A stretch of 64,000 nucleotides of DNA from Acidobacteriota bacterium (GTDB lineage: Bacteria; Acidobacteriota; Thermoanaerobaculia; Multivoradales; Multivoraceae). The position numbers were made by a program, and so were the translations under genes. The notes under the pieces were generated by a model, which was given only the letters and a program-made list of their open reading frames with translations, did not search any database and was not told where the DNA came from. This document shows, piece after piece, positions 1 to 8,296 of the stretch (position 1 is the first letter of the stretch; each line of letters begins with the position of its first letter). The stretch covers positions 1,650-65,649 of the forward strand of contig JBCCLJ010000004.1 of assembly GCA_039026915.1 (NCBI GenBank), in the 5' to 3' direction.

Positions 1-567
1 CGGCGGCGCGCCTTCGCACCGACTCCAAGGCAGCATTTGCGCGCTGGCGACCAAGCCCACAGCGCCGATTCGATCCGCAAGCTCGCAGGAGAGCACGAAG
101 GCCATGCCACCGCCGTTGGAGAGTCCGTTGACGAAGATTCTTCGCGTGTCGACGTTGTAGCTCGCAGCAAGTGTGTCGATCAGATCGTCGATGAACTGGA
201 CGTCTTGGGCTACGCCAGGGCCTTCGCGCAGCACGCGCCATCTCTTGCCGAGCCCGGCCGGATACACCGTCAGGAACGATTTACGCTCGGCGAGCTCGTT
301 CCAGCCGCTCAAGTCTCTGTGCAGCGCCGGCCAGAGGGCACCACCGTGTAGGTTGATGACCAGCGGCGTCGGCTCGGAGGGATCGTAGCTGTCTGGAACG
401 AAGAGTAGATACTCCCGCTCCTCGCCCGAAGAGACGAGGCTGCCGTTGTTGCGGTTCTTCAGATGGAAGTCGACAGCGTGAAGCAGCGCCAGTAGAGGCG
501 GCAGCCCGAGAAGCGAAAAGACGGCTCCGAGGACTTTGGCCCTCCTTCGGACTCTCCGCGCGTTCAT
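1..567 (-). CDS. alpha/beta-hydrolase esterase, PHB-depolymerase (LpqC/COG3509-like) family; C-terminal part runs off the window
   Basis: Not in the ORF track because it leaves the window. My minus-strand translation from ATG 567-565 reads MNARRVRRRAKVLGAVFSLLGLPPLLALL...EREYLLFVPDSYDPSEPTPLVINLHGGALWP...DTRRIFVNGLSNGGGMAFVLSCELADRIGAVGLVASAQ. It has a GLSNGG nucleophile elbow. The start overlaps the stop of the upstream permease (ATGA at 564-567). Confidence 0.7.
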   Translation of the reverse strand, partial: MNARRVRRRAKVLGAVFSLLGLPPLLALLHAVDFHLKNRNNGSLVSSGEEREYLLFVPDSYDPSEPTPLVINLHGGALWPALHRDLSGWNELAERKSFLTVYPAGLGKRWRVLREGPGVAQDVQFIDDLIDTLAASYNVDTRRIFVNGLSNGGGMAFVLSCELADRIGAVGLVASAQMLPWSRCEGAPP

Positions 568-2192
568 CGGTGGCGATTCCAAGCGAGTGCCAACGGTGCC
601 GCCGAGAGCCTGACCAGTGGGATCGCGAGTATCGCGGTGAGCAGGAGAAAGTGAGAGCGGAAGAGCACGACGGGAAAGAGCCAGTCGAGGACCCGGTAGA
701 GCCCGAGCACCGACAGGCACCACGTGAGGGCGCCGAGGACGAGCGTGCGATCTTCCACCAGCTCTTCACCCTGGAGTCGCCCGACGATCCATCCGGCTGC
801 GACCATCTTGGCGCTGACGAGCAACGTGAGGATCCAAGGTGCTGCGTTCCACAGTGCGCTGAGGGCGTTTTGCCGCTCGAGGGTCCAGGAAGCGAGCGGA
901 ACTGCGATGGTCAGCAGAACCAGCGTTGCGAAGACGCTGGCCTTTGCGAGCCACCTTCGCCCGCTGAGGCCGATGTACAGGCTCTGAACCAGCTGCTTCC
1001 AAGTGGCGCCGATCAGACCAGCGAGTCCCATCACGGTCAGCAGCAGGGCGCGTTGCGGTCCGGCGAAGTCGGTCAGCTGACGCCCAGCTCTCGCGACCTC
1101 CGCCCACGTTCCCGTCGACGGTAGAGCGATCAGCAGCAGACCAGCGACGACGAGCCAGGTCACGACGGTGCTGAGAAGGGTGGCCGTCAGCTTGGCTCGA
1201 AGGAGATCCGCCGTGGTCTGAGGACGGACCGCGAGGAAGGGAGTCAGCTCGTACGTGTCTCGCGCGTCGGCGTTCGTCCGAACCGTGGCGGCGACGAACG
1301 TCGCCAGCAGGACTGGAGTCAGAAGGACCACGCTGACAGTTCCGAGGATCAGCCTCGGTGTTTCGCGGAAGAAGAAGAGCAAGCAGAGCTCGAGCGGAAC
1401 GACCATCAGAACGAGCGTGGGCAACGAGCGGCCGTGGCGCTGCCACTCGAGCCAACGCTGTGCCGCTCCAGGCGAACTCCAAGTTCGGGGCCGTGATCGA
1501 AGGGGCCGGAAGGACGGACTGAGCCGGTCGGGCACGTCCCCGCATCTCGCCCGGGTCAGGGCTCTGCGGGCCGTGAGGTAGGCCAGGGGCAGGTGTGGAG
1601 CCAGGAGCACGATCATCGTGGCTTCCGACGGGCGAAACTGCAACGCCGTCAGGACGACGAAGCTGACGGTCGCCAGCCAGCTCACGGTGACCACAACCCT
1701 CAGTCCCCGGAGCGGGTAGGGCATCCAGGTCAAGGCCTGCGTCCAGGCGAGGATCGCGACTCCGAAGAGGGAGGGCCAGATGAGAGGCACTCTGGCCTCC
1801 GAAGGCCACACCGCCAGGCTCCGCGTCAGGATCCAGAGCATCGTGATCGCAAGCGACCCATAGAACATGGGCCAACCGGCAAGAGCCGAACTGGTCAAGG
1901 GGCGAGTAAACAGACGGGACGGATAGATCGACTCTCGTGCCGCGAGGTCGCCGGAGAGTCCGAAGCTGAAAACGGCCAAGAGGTACATGACGGTGGAGCC
2001 GAGCGGAACGATGACTGCGAGTGCGAACTGCCAGTCTTGGCGGAGCTCCAGCTGCCCGGTTCCCAGGACCAGAACGCGCAGCATGAGCAGCATGGCAAAG
2101 TAGAGTGCCAGGAGACCCGAGCCGAGGCGGTGACGACTTAGGAATTCGTGAGCGATCGCCGTCGCGCCGCTGCCCGAGAGGGCTTTTCTCAT
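564..2192 (-). CDS. multi-pass membrane protein, probable permease partner of the adjacent ABC ATPase
   Basis: 542-aa ORF made of many hydrophobic helices throughout. Its start overlaps the ATPase stop (ATGA, 2189-2192) and its stop overlaps the esterase start. I recognise no specific family. Confidence 0.7.
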   Translation of the reverse strand: MRKALSGSGATAIAHEFLSRHRLGSGLLALYFAMLLMLRVLVLGTGQLELRQDWQFALAVIVPLGSTVMYLLAVFSFGLSGDLAARESIYPSRLFTRPLTSSALAGWPMFYGSLAITMLWILTRSLAVWPSEARVPLIWPSLFGVAILAWTQALTWMPYPLRGLRVVVTVSWLATVSFVVLTALQFRPSEATMIVLLAPHLPLAYLTARRALTRARCGDVPDRLSPSFRPLRSRPRTWSSPGAAQRWLEWQRHGRSLPTLVLMVVPLELCLLFFFRETPRLILGTVSVVLLTPVLLATFVAATVRTNADARDTYELTPFLAVRPQTTADLLRAKLTATLLSTVVTWLVVAGLLLIALPSTGTWAEVARAGRQLTDFAGPQRALLLTVMGLAGLIGATWKQLVQSLYIGLSGRRWLAKASVFATLVLLTIAVPLASWTLERQNALSALWNAAPWILTLLVSAKMVAAGWIVGRLQGEELVEDRTLVLGALTWCLSVLGLYRVLDWLFPVVLFRSHFLLLTAILAIPLVRLSAAPLALAWNRHR

Positions 2193-2950
2193 GGTCCGAC
2201 TGCCTCTTCGTGGCTCCCTTGAGAGTGAGCAACGAAGGCTTCGTCGAGCGATCCGTAGGACTGCAGAATCGACGAGAGCGGTGCCGTAAGGACGATGCGG
2301 CCTCGACGGATCATCGTCACGTGATCAGCGACCTGCTGCACCTCGTCCAGCAGGTGGGACGAGAACAGGACCGTCCGTCCGTCGTCGGCAATCGTGCGCA
2401 GGATGGCCCCGAGGTTGTCGCGACGAACGACTGGGTCGAGCCCCGAAGACGGCTCGTCGAGCAAGAGTAGGTCGGGCCGATAGGCGAGAGCGCTCACCAG
2501 CCCTGCGCGGGCCTTCTGGCCCTTGGACAGATCGCTGATTCTCGCTCCAGCAGCCAGCTCGAAAGAGTCCCTCAGCTCTCGCGCGAAGGCCTCGTCCCAT
2601 GCGGGGTAGAACGTGCTCACGTAGCGCAAGAGCTGGTCGATGCTCATCCAACCCGGAAGGTCGTTCTCCTCGGAGAGGTAACCGATTCTCGAGAGTGCGC
2701 CGACCGGGTCCGCCGCCGGATCGAGCCCGAAGACGCGCACCGAACCGGTTTGAGCTCGCAAGAGGCCGAGCAAGTGCTTGATGAGGGTTGTCTTGCCGGC
2801 ACCGTTCGTTCCGACGAGTCCGTGAACGACTCCCTGTTGCACTGAGAGGTTGACGTCCTGCAGGGCCTGTTTGGCGCCGAACCTCCTCGAGAGCTCGGAG
2901 ACTTCGATGACGGGCCTGTTCACGGTTCGTATCCTAGTCACACCGTTCAT
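2189..2950 (-). CDS. ABC transporter ATP-binding protein
   Basis: Walker A GTNGAGKTT, ABC signature LSKGQKARAG, Walker B LLLLDEPSSGLD, and the H-loop region SSHLL. Confidence 0.9.
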   Translation of the reverse strand: MNGVTRIRTVNRPVIEVSELSRRFGAKQALQDVNLSVQQGVVHGLVGTNGAGKTTLIKHLLGLLRAQTGSVRVFGLDPAADPVGALSRIGYLSEENDLPGWMSIDQLLRYVSTFYPAWDEAFARELRDSFELAAGARISDLSKGQKARAGLVSALAYRPDLLLLDEPSSGLDPVVRRDNLGAILRTIADDGRTVLFSSHLLDEVQQVADHVTMIRRGRIVLTAPLSSILQSYGSLDEAFVAHSQGSHEEAVGP

Positions 2951-3075
2951 ACGCGCCGCGCGGTGGCGGCGTCTTCGACCGAGTGCCGTCGGCCCCCAGC
3001 GATTGGCGGATGATCCGCATCGACGCAGCTATGATCTCGGTCCGACGTCAGATCAGAGCTTGTGGGGGAAGTGCC

Positions 3076-5202
3076 ATGTCGACGAGGCGAAGCCCAAGCG
3101 GACACTGGAAGTTCGCGACCTTTCTCTTTCTTGTTGCGCCGCTTCTGGCGGGAGCCCAGGACCCTTTGCTCGAGCAGGTCCTCGGTGGCGCTCCCTTTCC
3201 CTCGAGTCTGACGGCAGCTCCGGAAGACGCGGGCTTCGCGTGGGTCTTCAACGACCGTGGCGTGCGCAACGTCTGGTTCGCAGAAGCGCCCGACTTCGAG
3301 GCTCGACGGCTTACCTCGTTCGACGCCGACGACGGTCAGGAGCTCGGCTCCCTGACCTTTACCTCCGACGGGGAGCGGCTCTTCTTCGTGCGCGGTGGAG
3401 CGCCGAACGCACGCGGCGAGCTGCCGAACCCGCGCACCTTCTCGAAGGGCGTCGGCAACTCGCTCTGGTCCGTCGAGCTCGACGGCGGCGAGGCCACGAG
3501 GTTCGGCGAGGGCTACTCGCCCTTCTTCCTCGACGATGCGACGCTGGGTTTCTTCCGACGCGGCGACCCGATGAAGACGGCGCTCTCGAAGTACGAGCCG
3601 GAGCGACTGCTGCGGATTCGCGGGAGCGTCGGCAACCTGCGAGCGTCGCCAGAGGGAGAGCGTTTCGCCTTCGTCAGCAGCCGAGGAACCCACTCCTTCG
3701 TCGGCCTCTTCGACCCCACTGCAGACGCCGTGCGCTTCCTCGCCCCGGGCGTCGATCGCGACCAGTCTCCGATCTGGTCGCCCGACGGCAGCGAGGTCGC
3801 CTTTCTCAGGCTCCCGACGGGCACACAGGGTGAGATCTTCGAGCCTCTACGCGCGGTCGACGAACCGTGGTCGATCGTCGTCGTCGACGTCGACAGCGGA
3901 GACTCACGCACGGTCTTCGAGGCGCTTCCCGGAGCCGGATCCGCTTACCGTGGAACCGTAGCTCCTGACCAGATCGTCTGGACCGCGAGCGGCCACCTGA
4001 TCTTCCCCTGGGAGCGCGACGGCTGGACGCACCTCTGGTCCGTGCCCGCCAGCGGTGGCGAGGCGCGCAACCTGACGCCGGGCGCCTTCGAGGTGGAGGC
4101 GGTTGCTGCTCTGCCCGACGGGTCGGGCGTTGCGTACTCGTCGAATCAGGGCGACATCGACCGCCGCCATCTTTGGCGCGTTGGTCCCGGCGATGCGGCG
4201 CCGCAGCCGCTGACGTCGGGCGATGGCGTCGAGCAGTTTCCGACCCCCGCAGCCGACGGCACGGTGCTCGCTTTCCTGCGTGCTGACGGGCGCACTCCGC
4301 TGCACCCAGCGCTCCGCTTCGCCGACGGGCGCGAGCAGGCCTTGGCGCCCGCGCAGCTCGCCAACTTTCCCGTCGACCGAATGACGGAGCCCGCGCAGGT
4401 CATCTTCGATTCGGCCGACGGTCTCGACATCCACGGCCAACTCTTTCTGCCGCCCGCGCGGTTCACCGGACCGCGGCCCGCGGTGATCTTCTTTCACGGT
4501 GGCTCGCGCCGCCACATGATGCTCGGCTGGCACTACAGCTCCTACTACCACCACTGCTACGCCTTTCATCAGTACATGGCGAATCAGGGGTACGTCGTCT
4601 TGTCGGTCAACTACCGCAGCGGCATCGGCTACGGTCTCGAATTTCGCGAGGCGTTGAACTACGGCGCGTCGGGCGCCTCCGAATTCAATGACGTGCTTGG
4701 GGCCGGCCTCTACCTCGCCGGTCGCGAGGACGTCGACGCCGACCGGATCGGTCTTTGGGGCGGTTCCTACGGCGGCTACCTCACGGCCCTCGGCTTGGCC
4801 CGCGCCTCGAGCCTCTTCGCGGCGGGTGTCGACATTCACGGCGTGCATGACTGGAATCGCACGATCCAGAACTTCGTGCCGAGCTACGAGCCACTCGAGG
4901 ATCCCGAGCGGGCCCGGCTCGCCTTCGAATCGTCACCGCTCTCGAGCGTCGATACGTGGCAGTCGCCGGTCCTGCTCATTCACGGTGATGACGACCGCAA
5001 CGTGCCCTTCGCGGAGACGGTCGAGCTCGTCGATCGCCTGCGCGAGCGCGATGTCGAGCACGAGCTCGTCGTCTTTCCCGACGAGGTCCACGGCTTTCTC
5101 CTGCACTCGAGCTGGCTCGAGGTCTTCGGCCGTGCTGCCCGATTCTTCGAGCATCACCTCGCTGCGGCGGCGGAAGAGAAGGCGGCCGCGTCGGGAGGCT
5201 GA
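3076..5202 (+). CDS. S9 family serine peptidase (prolyl oligopeptidase / acylaminoacyl-peptidase type), secreted
   Basis: ORF 2983..5202. I prefer the internal ATG at 3076, preceded by GGGGGAAG and giving a signal-like N-terminus [29 protein letters not shown]. Catalytic motifs are [20 protein letters not shown] and DEVHGF. Confidence 0.85.
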   Translation: MSTRRSPSGHWKFATFLFLVAPLLAGAQDPLLEQVLGGAPFPSSLTAAPEDAGFAWVFNDRGVRNVWFAEAPDFEARRLTSFDADDGQELGSLTFTSDGERLFFVRGGAPNARGELPNPRTFSKGVGNSLWSVELDGGEATRFGEGYSPFFLDDATLGFFRRGDPMKTALSKYEPERLLRIRGSVGNLRASPEGERFAFVSSRGTHSFVGLFDPTADAVRFLAPGVDRDQSPIWSPDGSEVAFLRLPTGTQGEIFEPLRAVDEPWSIVVVDVDSGDSRTVFEALPGAGSAYRGTVAPDQIVWTASGHLIFPWERDGWTHLWSVPASGGEARNLTPGAFEVEAVAALPDGSGVAYSSNQGDIDRRHLWRVGPGDAAPQPLTSGDGVEQFPTPAADGTVLAFLRADGRTPLHPALRFADGREQALAPAQLANFPVDRMTEPAQVIFDSADGLDIHGQLFLPPARFTGPRPAVIFFHGGSRRHMMLGWHYSSYYHHCYAFHQYMANQGYVVLSVNYRSGIGYGLEFREALNYGASGASEFNDVLGAGLYLAGREDVDADRIGLWGGSYGGYLTALGLARASSLFAAGVDIHGVHDWNRTIQNFVPSYEPLEDPERARLAFESSPLSSVDTWQSPVLLIHGDDDRNVPFAETVELVDRLRERDVEHELVVFPDEVHGFLLHSSWLEVFGRAARFFEHHLAAAAEEKAAASGG

Positions 5203-5332
5203 TCGTCTCGGGGCGGCAACTCTGTTCGCCGGAGCGCGTAACATCAGCAGATCCACTCAAGACGGCCGGAGGTGCTTCGGCCAGACGGCGGCGTCCACGC
5301 GGTCGCCGCATAACTCGACTGAGGAGAGTTCC

Positions 5333-6256
5333 ATGAAAGCCACCGCTTCTCTGCTTCTCGCTCTCGTGCTCTTCGTCGCACCGGCCGTGGCGGTCGATGA
5401 CGACTTCATGTCCCGCGTCTCCTTCGGCCACGCCGACAGCAACGGCGTCAAGATTCACTACGCGACGATGGGTGAAGGTCCGCTCGTCGTCATGATCCAC
5501 GGCTTCCCGGACTACTGGTACAGCTGGCGCGACCAGATGGAGACCCTGGCCTCGGACTTTCAGGTCGTTGCCATCGATCAGCGCGGCTACAACAAGAGCG
5601 ACGCTCCCGACGGCCAGTCGAACTACGGCATGCGTTATCTCGTCGGTGACGTTGCCGCCGTCATCAAGAGCCTGGGACGTGACAAGGCGACGGTCGTCGG
5701 TCACGACTGGGGAGGCGCCGTCGCCTGGCAGGTCGCGCTCAACCTGCCCGACATGGTCGAGAACCTGATCATCCTCAACCTGCCGCATCCGAACGGCATC
5801 GGCCGCGAGCTCGCCAACAACCCCGAGCAGCAGAAGAACAGCGACTACGCGCGCAAGTTCCAGGAGGGCAGCGCCTCGGATCCGGACATCTTCTTCGGCA
5901 TGCCGATGAACGCCATGACGCTCTCCGGCTGGGTCACCGATGCGGACGCGCGCAAGCTCTATCAGGAGGCCTTTGGCCGCTCGGACTTCGACGCGATGCT
6001 CGCCTACTACAAGGAGAACTACGGTGGCATCGGTGGCGACGCCGTCGAGCTGCCGAAGGTCAAGATGCCGGTTCTGCAGTTCCACGGCCTCGAAGACACG
6101 GCGCTGCACTCGGACGGTCTCAACAACACCTGGGACTGGCTCGAGAAGGATCTGACGCTCGTCACCGTGCCGGGCGCCGGACACTTCGTTCAGCAGGACG
6201 CGTCCGAGATGGTCAGCACGACGATGCTCTGGTGGTTGAAGGCTCGCTCGAAGTGA
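5333..6256 (+). CDS. alpha/beta hydrolase, epoxide-hydrolase-like, with signal peptide
   Basis: Internal ATG of ORF 4688..6256, preceded by GAGGAGAG. N-terminus [20 protein letters not shown]. Motifs [11 protein letters not shown], the GHDWGG nucleophile elbow and C-terminal GAGHFVQQD. Confidence 0.85.
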   Translation: MKATASLLLALVLFVAPAVAVDDDFMSRVSFGHADSNGVKIHYATMGEGPLVVMIHGFPDYWYSWRDQMETLASDFQVVAIDQRGYNKSDAPDGQSNYGMRYLVGDVAAVIKSLGRDKATVVGHDWGGAVAWQVALNLPDMVENLIILNLPHPNGIGRELANNPEQQKNSDYARKFQEGSASDPDIFFGMPMNAMTLSGWVTDADARKLYQEAFGRSDFDAMLAYYKENYGGIGGDAVELPKVKMPVLQFHGLEDTALHSDGLNNTWDWLEKDLTLVTVPGAGHFVQQDASEMVSTTMLWWLKARSK

Positions 6257-6864
6257 CGTCGCGCACCCTCTACTGGTGTCCTCAGACGCGAGCTTCTCGA
6301 GCTGCTTGGATGCTCGAGGAGCTCGGTCTCGAATACGAACGCGTGCACATCGACATCCGGGACGACGAGCGCCAAGATCCAGAGGGATTTCGGCGGGCGA
6401 GTCCGCTCGGCAAGGTGCCGGCTCTGGCGGACGGAGACGCCTACGTCTCGGACTCCGCGACGATTTGCCTGTACCTGGCGGATCGCTACTCTCTTGGCGA
6501 GCTCGCTCCGAAGCTCGACGCTCCCGAGCGTGCGGACTATCTCTACTGGACGATCTTCAATCCCGGAGCGGTGGAGCCTGCAATGTCGGAGAAGTTCGCG
6601 GGCAACGAGCCGAACTCGCTGTCCAACAGCTGGGGAGACTTCGACCGCGTCATCGCGGCGATGGAGTCCGGGCTCGAGGGAAGAGAGTGGATCGTCGGCG
6701 ACCACTTCACGGCGGCCGATCTGATGCTCGGTTCGAGCGTTCTCTTCCTGCGCACGTTCGGTGGGCTGCCGGAAAGCCCCGTGCTCGAGGCGTACGCCGA
6801 CCGCTGCGCGGCGCGGCCCGCCTATCAGAAGGCGATGTCCTTCGACGCTGAGGCCGCCGGCTGA
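6253..6864 (+). CDS. glutathione S-transferase
   Basis: ORF 6232..6864. GST N-terminal thioredoxin-like fold: [27 protein letters not shown]...PLGKVPAL...[18 protein letters not shown] at 6253 overlaps the upstream stop (GTGA). The ATG at 6232 is the alternative start. Confidence 0.8.
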   Translation: MTSRTLYWCPQTRASRAAWMLEELGLEYERVHIDIRDDERQDPEGFRRASPLGKVPALADGDAYVSDSATICLYLADRYSLGELAPKLDAPERADYLYWTIFNPGAVEPAMSEKFAGNEPNSLSNSWGDFDRVIAAMESGLEGREWIVGDHFTAADLMLGSSVLFLRTFGGLPESPVLEAYADRCAARPAYQKAMSFDAEAAG

Positions 6865-6914
6865 GGCTCGGCCGCGAAGGCCCAGAGCCAGGGAGGAACG
6901 GCGCCGCGCCGGCG

Positions 6915-7568
6915 TCAGCTGCCGACCGGGAGACCGATCGGGCAGCTCACGCCGGTGCCGCCGAGCCCGCAGTAGCCCGCCGGGTTCTTCGCCAGATACT
7001 GCTGGTGGTAGTGCTCGGCGTAGTAGAACTCCGGAGCGTCCAGGATCTCGGTGGTGATCTCACCGTATCCGGCCGCCTTCAGCTCACGCTGGAAGGTCTC
7101 GCGGCTCTCGAGAGCCGCCTTGAGGTCGTCGGCGCCGTACGTGTAGATCCCCGACCGGTACTGGGTGCCGATGTCGTTGCCCTGACGCATGCCCTGGGTC
7201 GGGTCGTGGTTCTCCCAGAAGACCTGCAGGATGCGCTCGCGCGAGATCTCGGCAGGATTCCAGACGGCGAGCACGACCTCGTTGTGTCCGGTGCGACCGC
7301 TACACACCTCTTCGTAGGTTGGATTGGGCGTGAAGCCTGCTGCGTAGCCGACCGCGGTCGTGACCACGCCTTCGGCTTCCCAGAACTTACGCTCGGCGCC
7401 CCAGAAACAGCCCATGCCGAAGAGCATGCGCTCGGACCCCTCGGGAAACGGGGGCAGCAGGGGAGCTCCATTGACGAAGTGAGCATCGGGCACGGGCATC
7501 GTCTCCGTACGGCCCGGGAGCGCCTCCTCGGCGGTCGGCATGCGCGTCTTGACTCCGAACAGTCCCAT
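6915..7568 (-). CDS. msrA: peptide-methionine (S)-S-oxide reductase
   Basis: [13 protein letters not shown] active-site motif and a GYxGG-type core. Internal ATG at 7568 is preceded by AGGAGG; the ORF track starts at 7667. Confidence 0.9.
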   Translation of the reverse strand: MGLFGVKTRMPTAEEALPGRTETMPVPDAHFVNGAPLLPPFPEGSERMLFGMGCFWGAERKFWEAEGVVTTAVGYAAGFTPNPTYEEVCSGRTGHNEVVLAVWNPAEISRERILQVFWENHDPTQGMRQGNDIGTQYRSGIYTYGADDLKAALESRETFQRELKAAGYGEITTEILDAPEFYYAEHYHQQYLAKNPAGYCGLGGTGVSCPIGLPVGS

Positions 7569-7732
7569 AGCTGGCCTCCTGAGTTTGCAAGCTGTTTCGG
7601 CGCTGACGATAACAGCTGTGAGCCGTTCGAATTCCCGTCGTTCTGTTAGTGTAGAAAGCTGTCGCATGCAGACTACGCGAGGAGCAGAAAGCGCCTTTGG
7701 GGCGTGGCTCCGAGCGCCAAGGAGGGGGCGAT

Positions 7733-8293
7733 TTGAGCCTCGGTGAAGACGAAGTTGCGGAGCTCTTCTCGGCGCTGGCCCGCGGGGAAGACGACGCTCT
7801 CGAGCAGATCATTCCGCACATCTACGACGACCTCAGGCGGGTCGCGCGGCAGCAGTTGCGCCGGTGGCGTCCGGGCGAGACGCTACAGACGACGGCGCTC
7901 GTGCACGAGTCTTTCCTCCGCCTGAATCGCCTCAATGCGAACCGACCGGTCGATCGCTCTCACTTTCTCGCGGTCGCCGCGCGATCCATGCGCCACATCA
8001 TCGTCGACTACGCGCGAGAGCGCTCGGCGACCAAGCGGGGTAGCGGTATCGCTCCGGTCCATCTCGACGACGTTCAAGTGGCCGACGATCAGCACGTCGA
8101 GACCGTGCTGGCGATCAACGAAGCTCTCGAGCGCCTCTCCGACATCGATCCGCGTCTGATGCGCGTCGTCGAGTGCCGCTTCTTTACCGGACTGACGGCC
8201 GCCGAGACCGCCGAGGCTCTCGAAGTCTCCCGCAGGACCGTCGACCGCGACTGGATCCGCGCTCGCGCCTGGCTGGAGGCGGAGCTCGCCTGA
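7733..8293 (+). CDS. ECF-type RNA polymerase sigma factor (kinase-associated ECF family)
   Basis: ORF 7697..8293. The segment [21 protein letters not shown] and a region-4 HTH ([21 protein letters not shown]) are typical of the ECF family encoded next to Ser/Thr kinases. I prefer the TTG at 7733, just after AAGGAGGGGG. Confidence 0.8.
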   Translation: MSLGEDEVAELFSALARGEDDALEQIIPHIYDDLRRVARQQLRRWRPGETLQTTALVHESFLRLNRLNANRPVDRSHFLAVAARSMRHIIVDYARERSATKRGSGIAPVHLDDVQVADDQHVETVLAINEALERLSDIDPRLMRVVECRFFTGLTAAETAEALEVSRRTVDRDWIRARAWLEAELA

Positions 8294-8296
8294 TCC

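Noticed and set aside
279-286. Isolated ATTTACGC identical to the operator half-site
   Set aside because: No second TTACGC 11 bp away and no -10-like box, and it lies inside the esterase CDS. It is probably a chance match.
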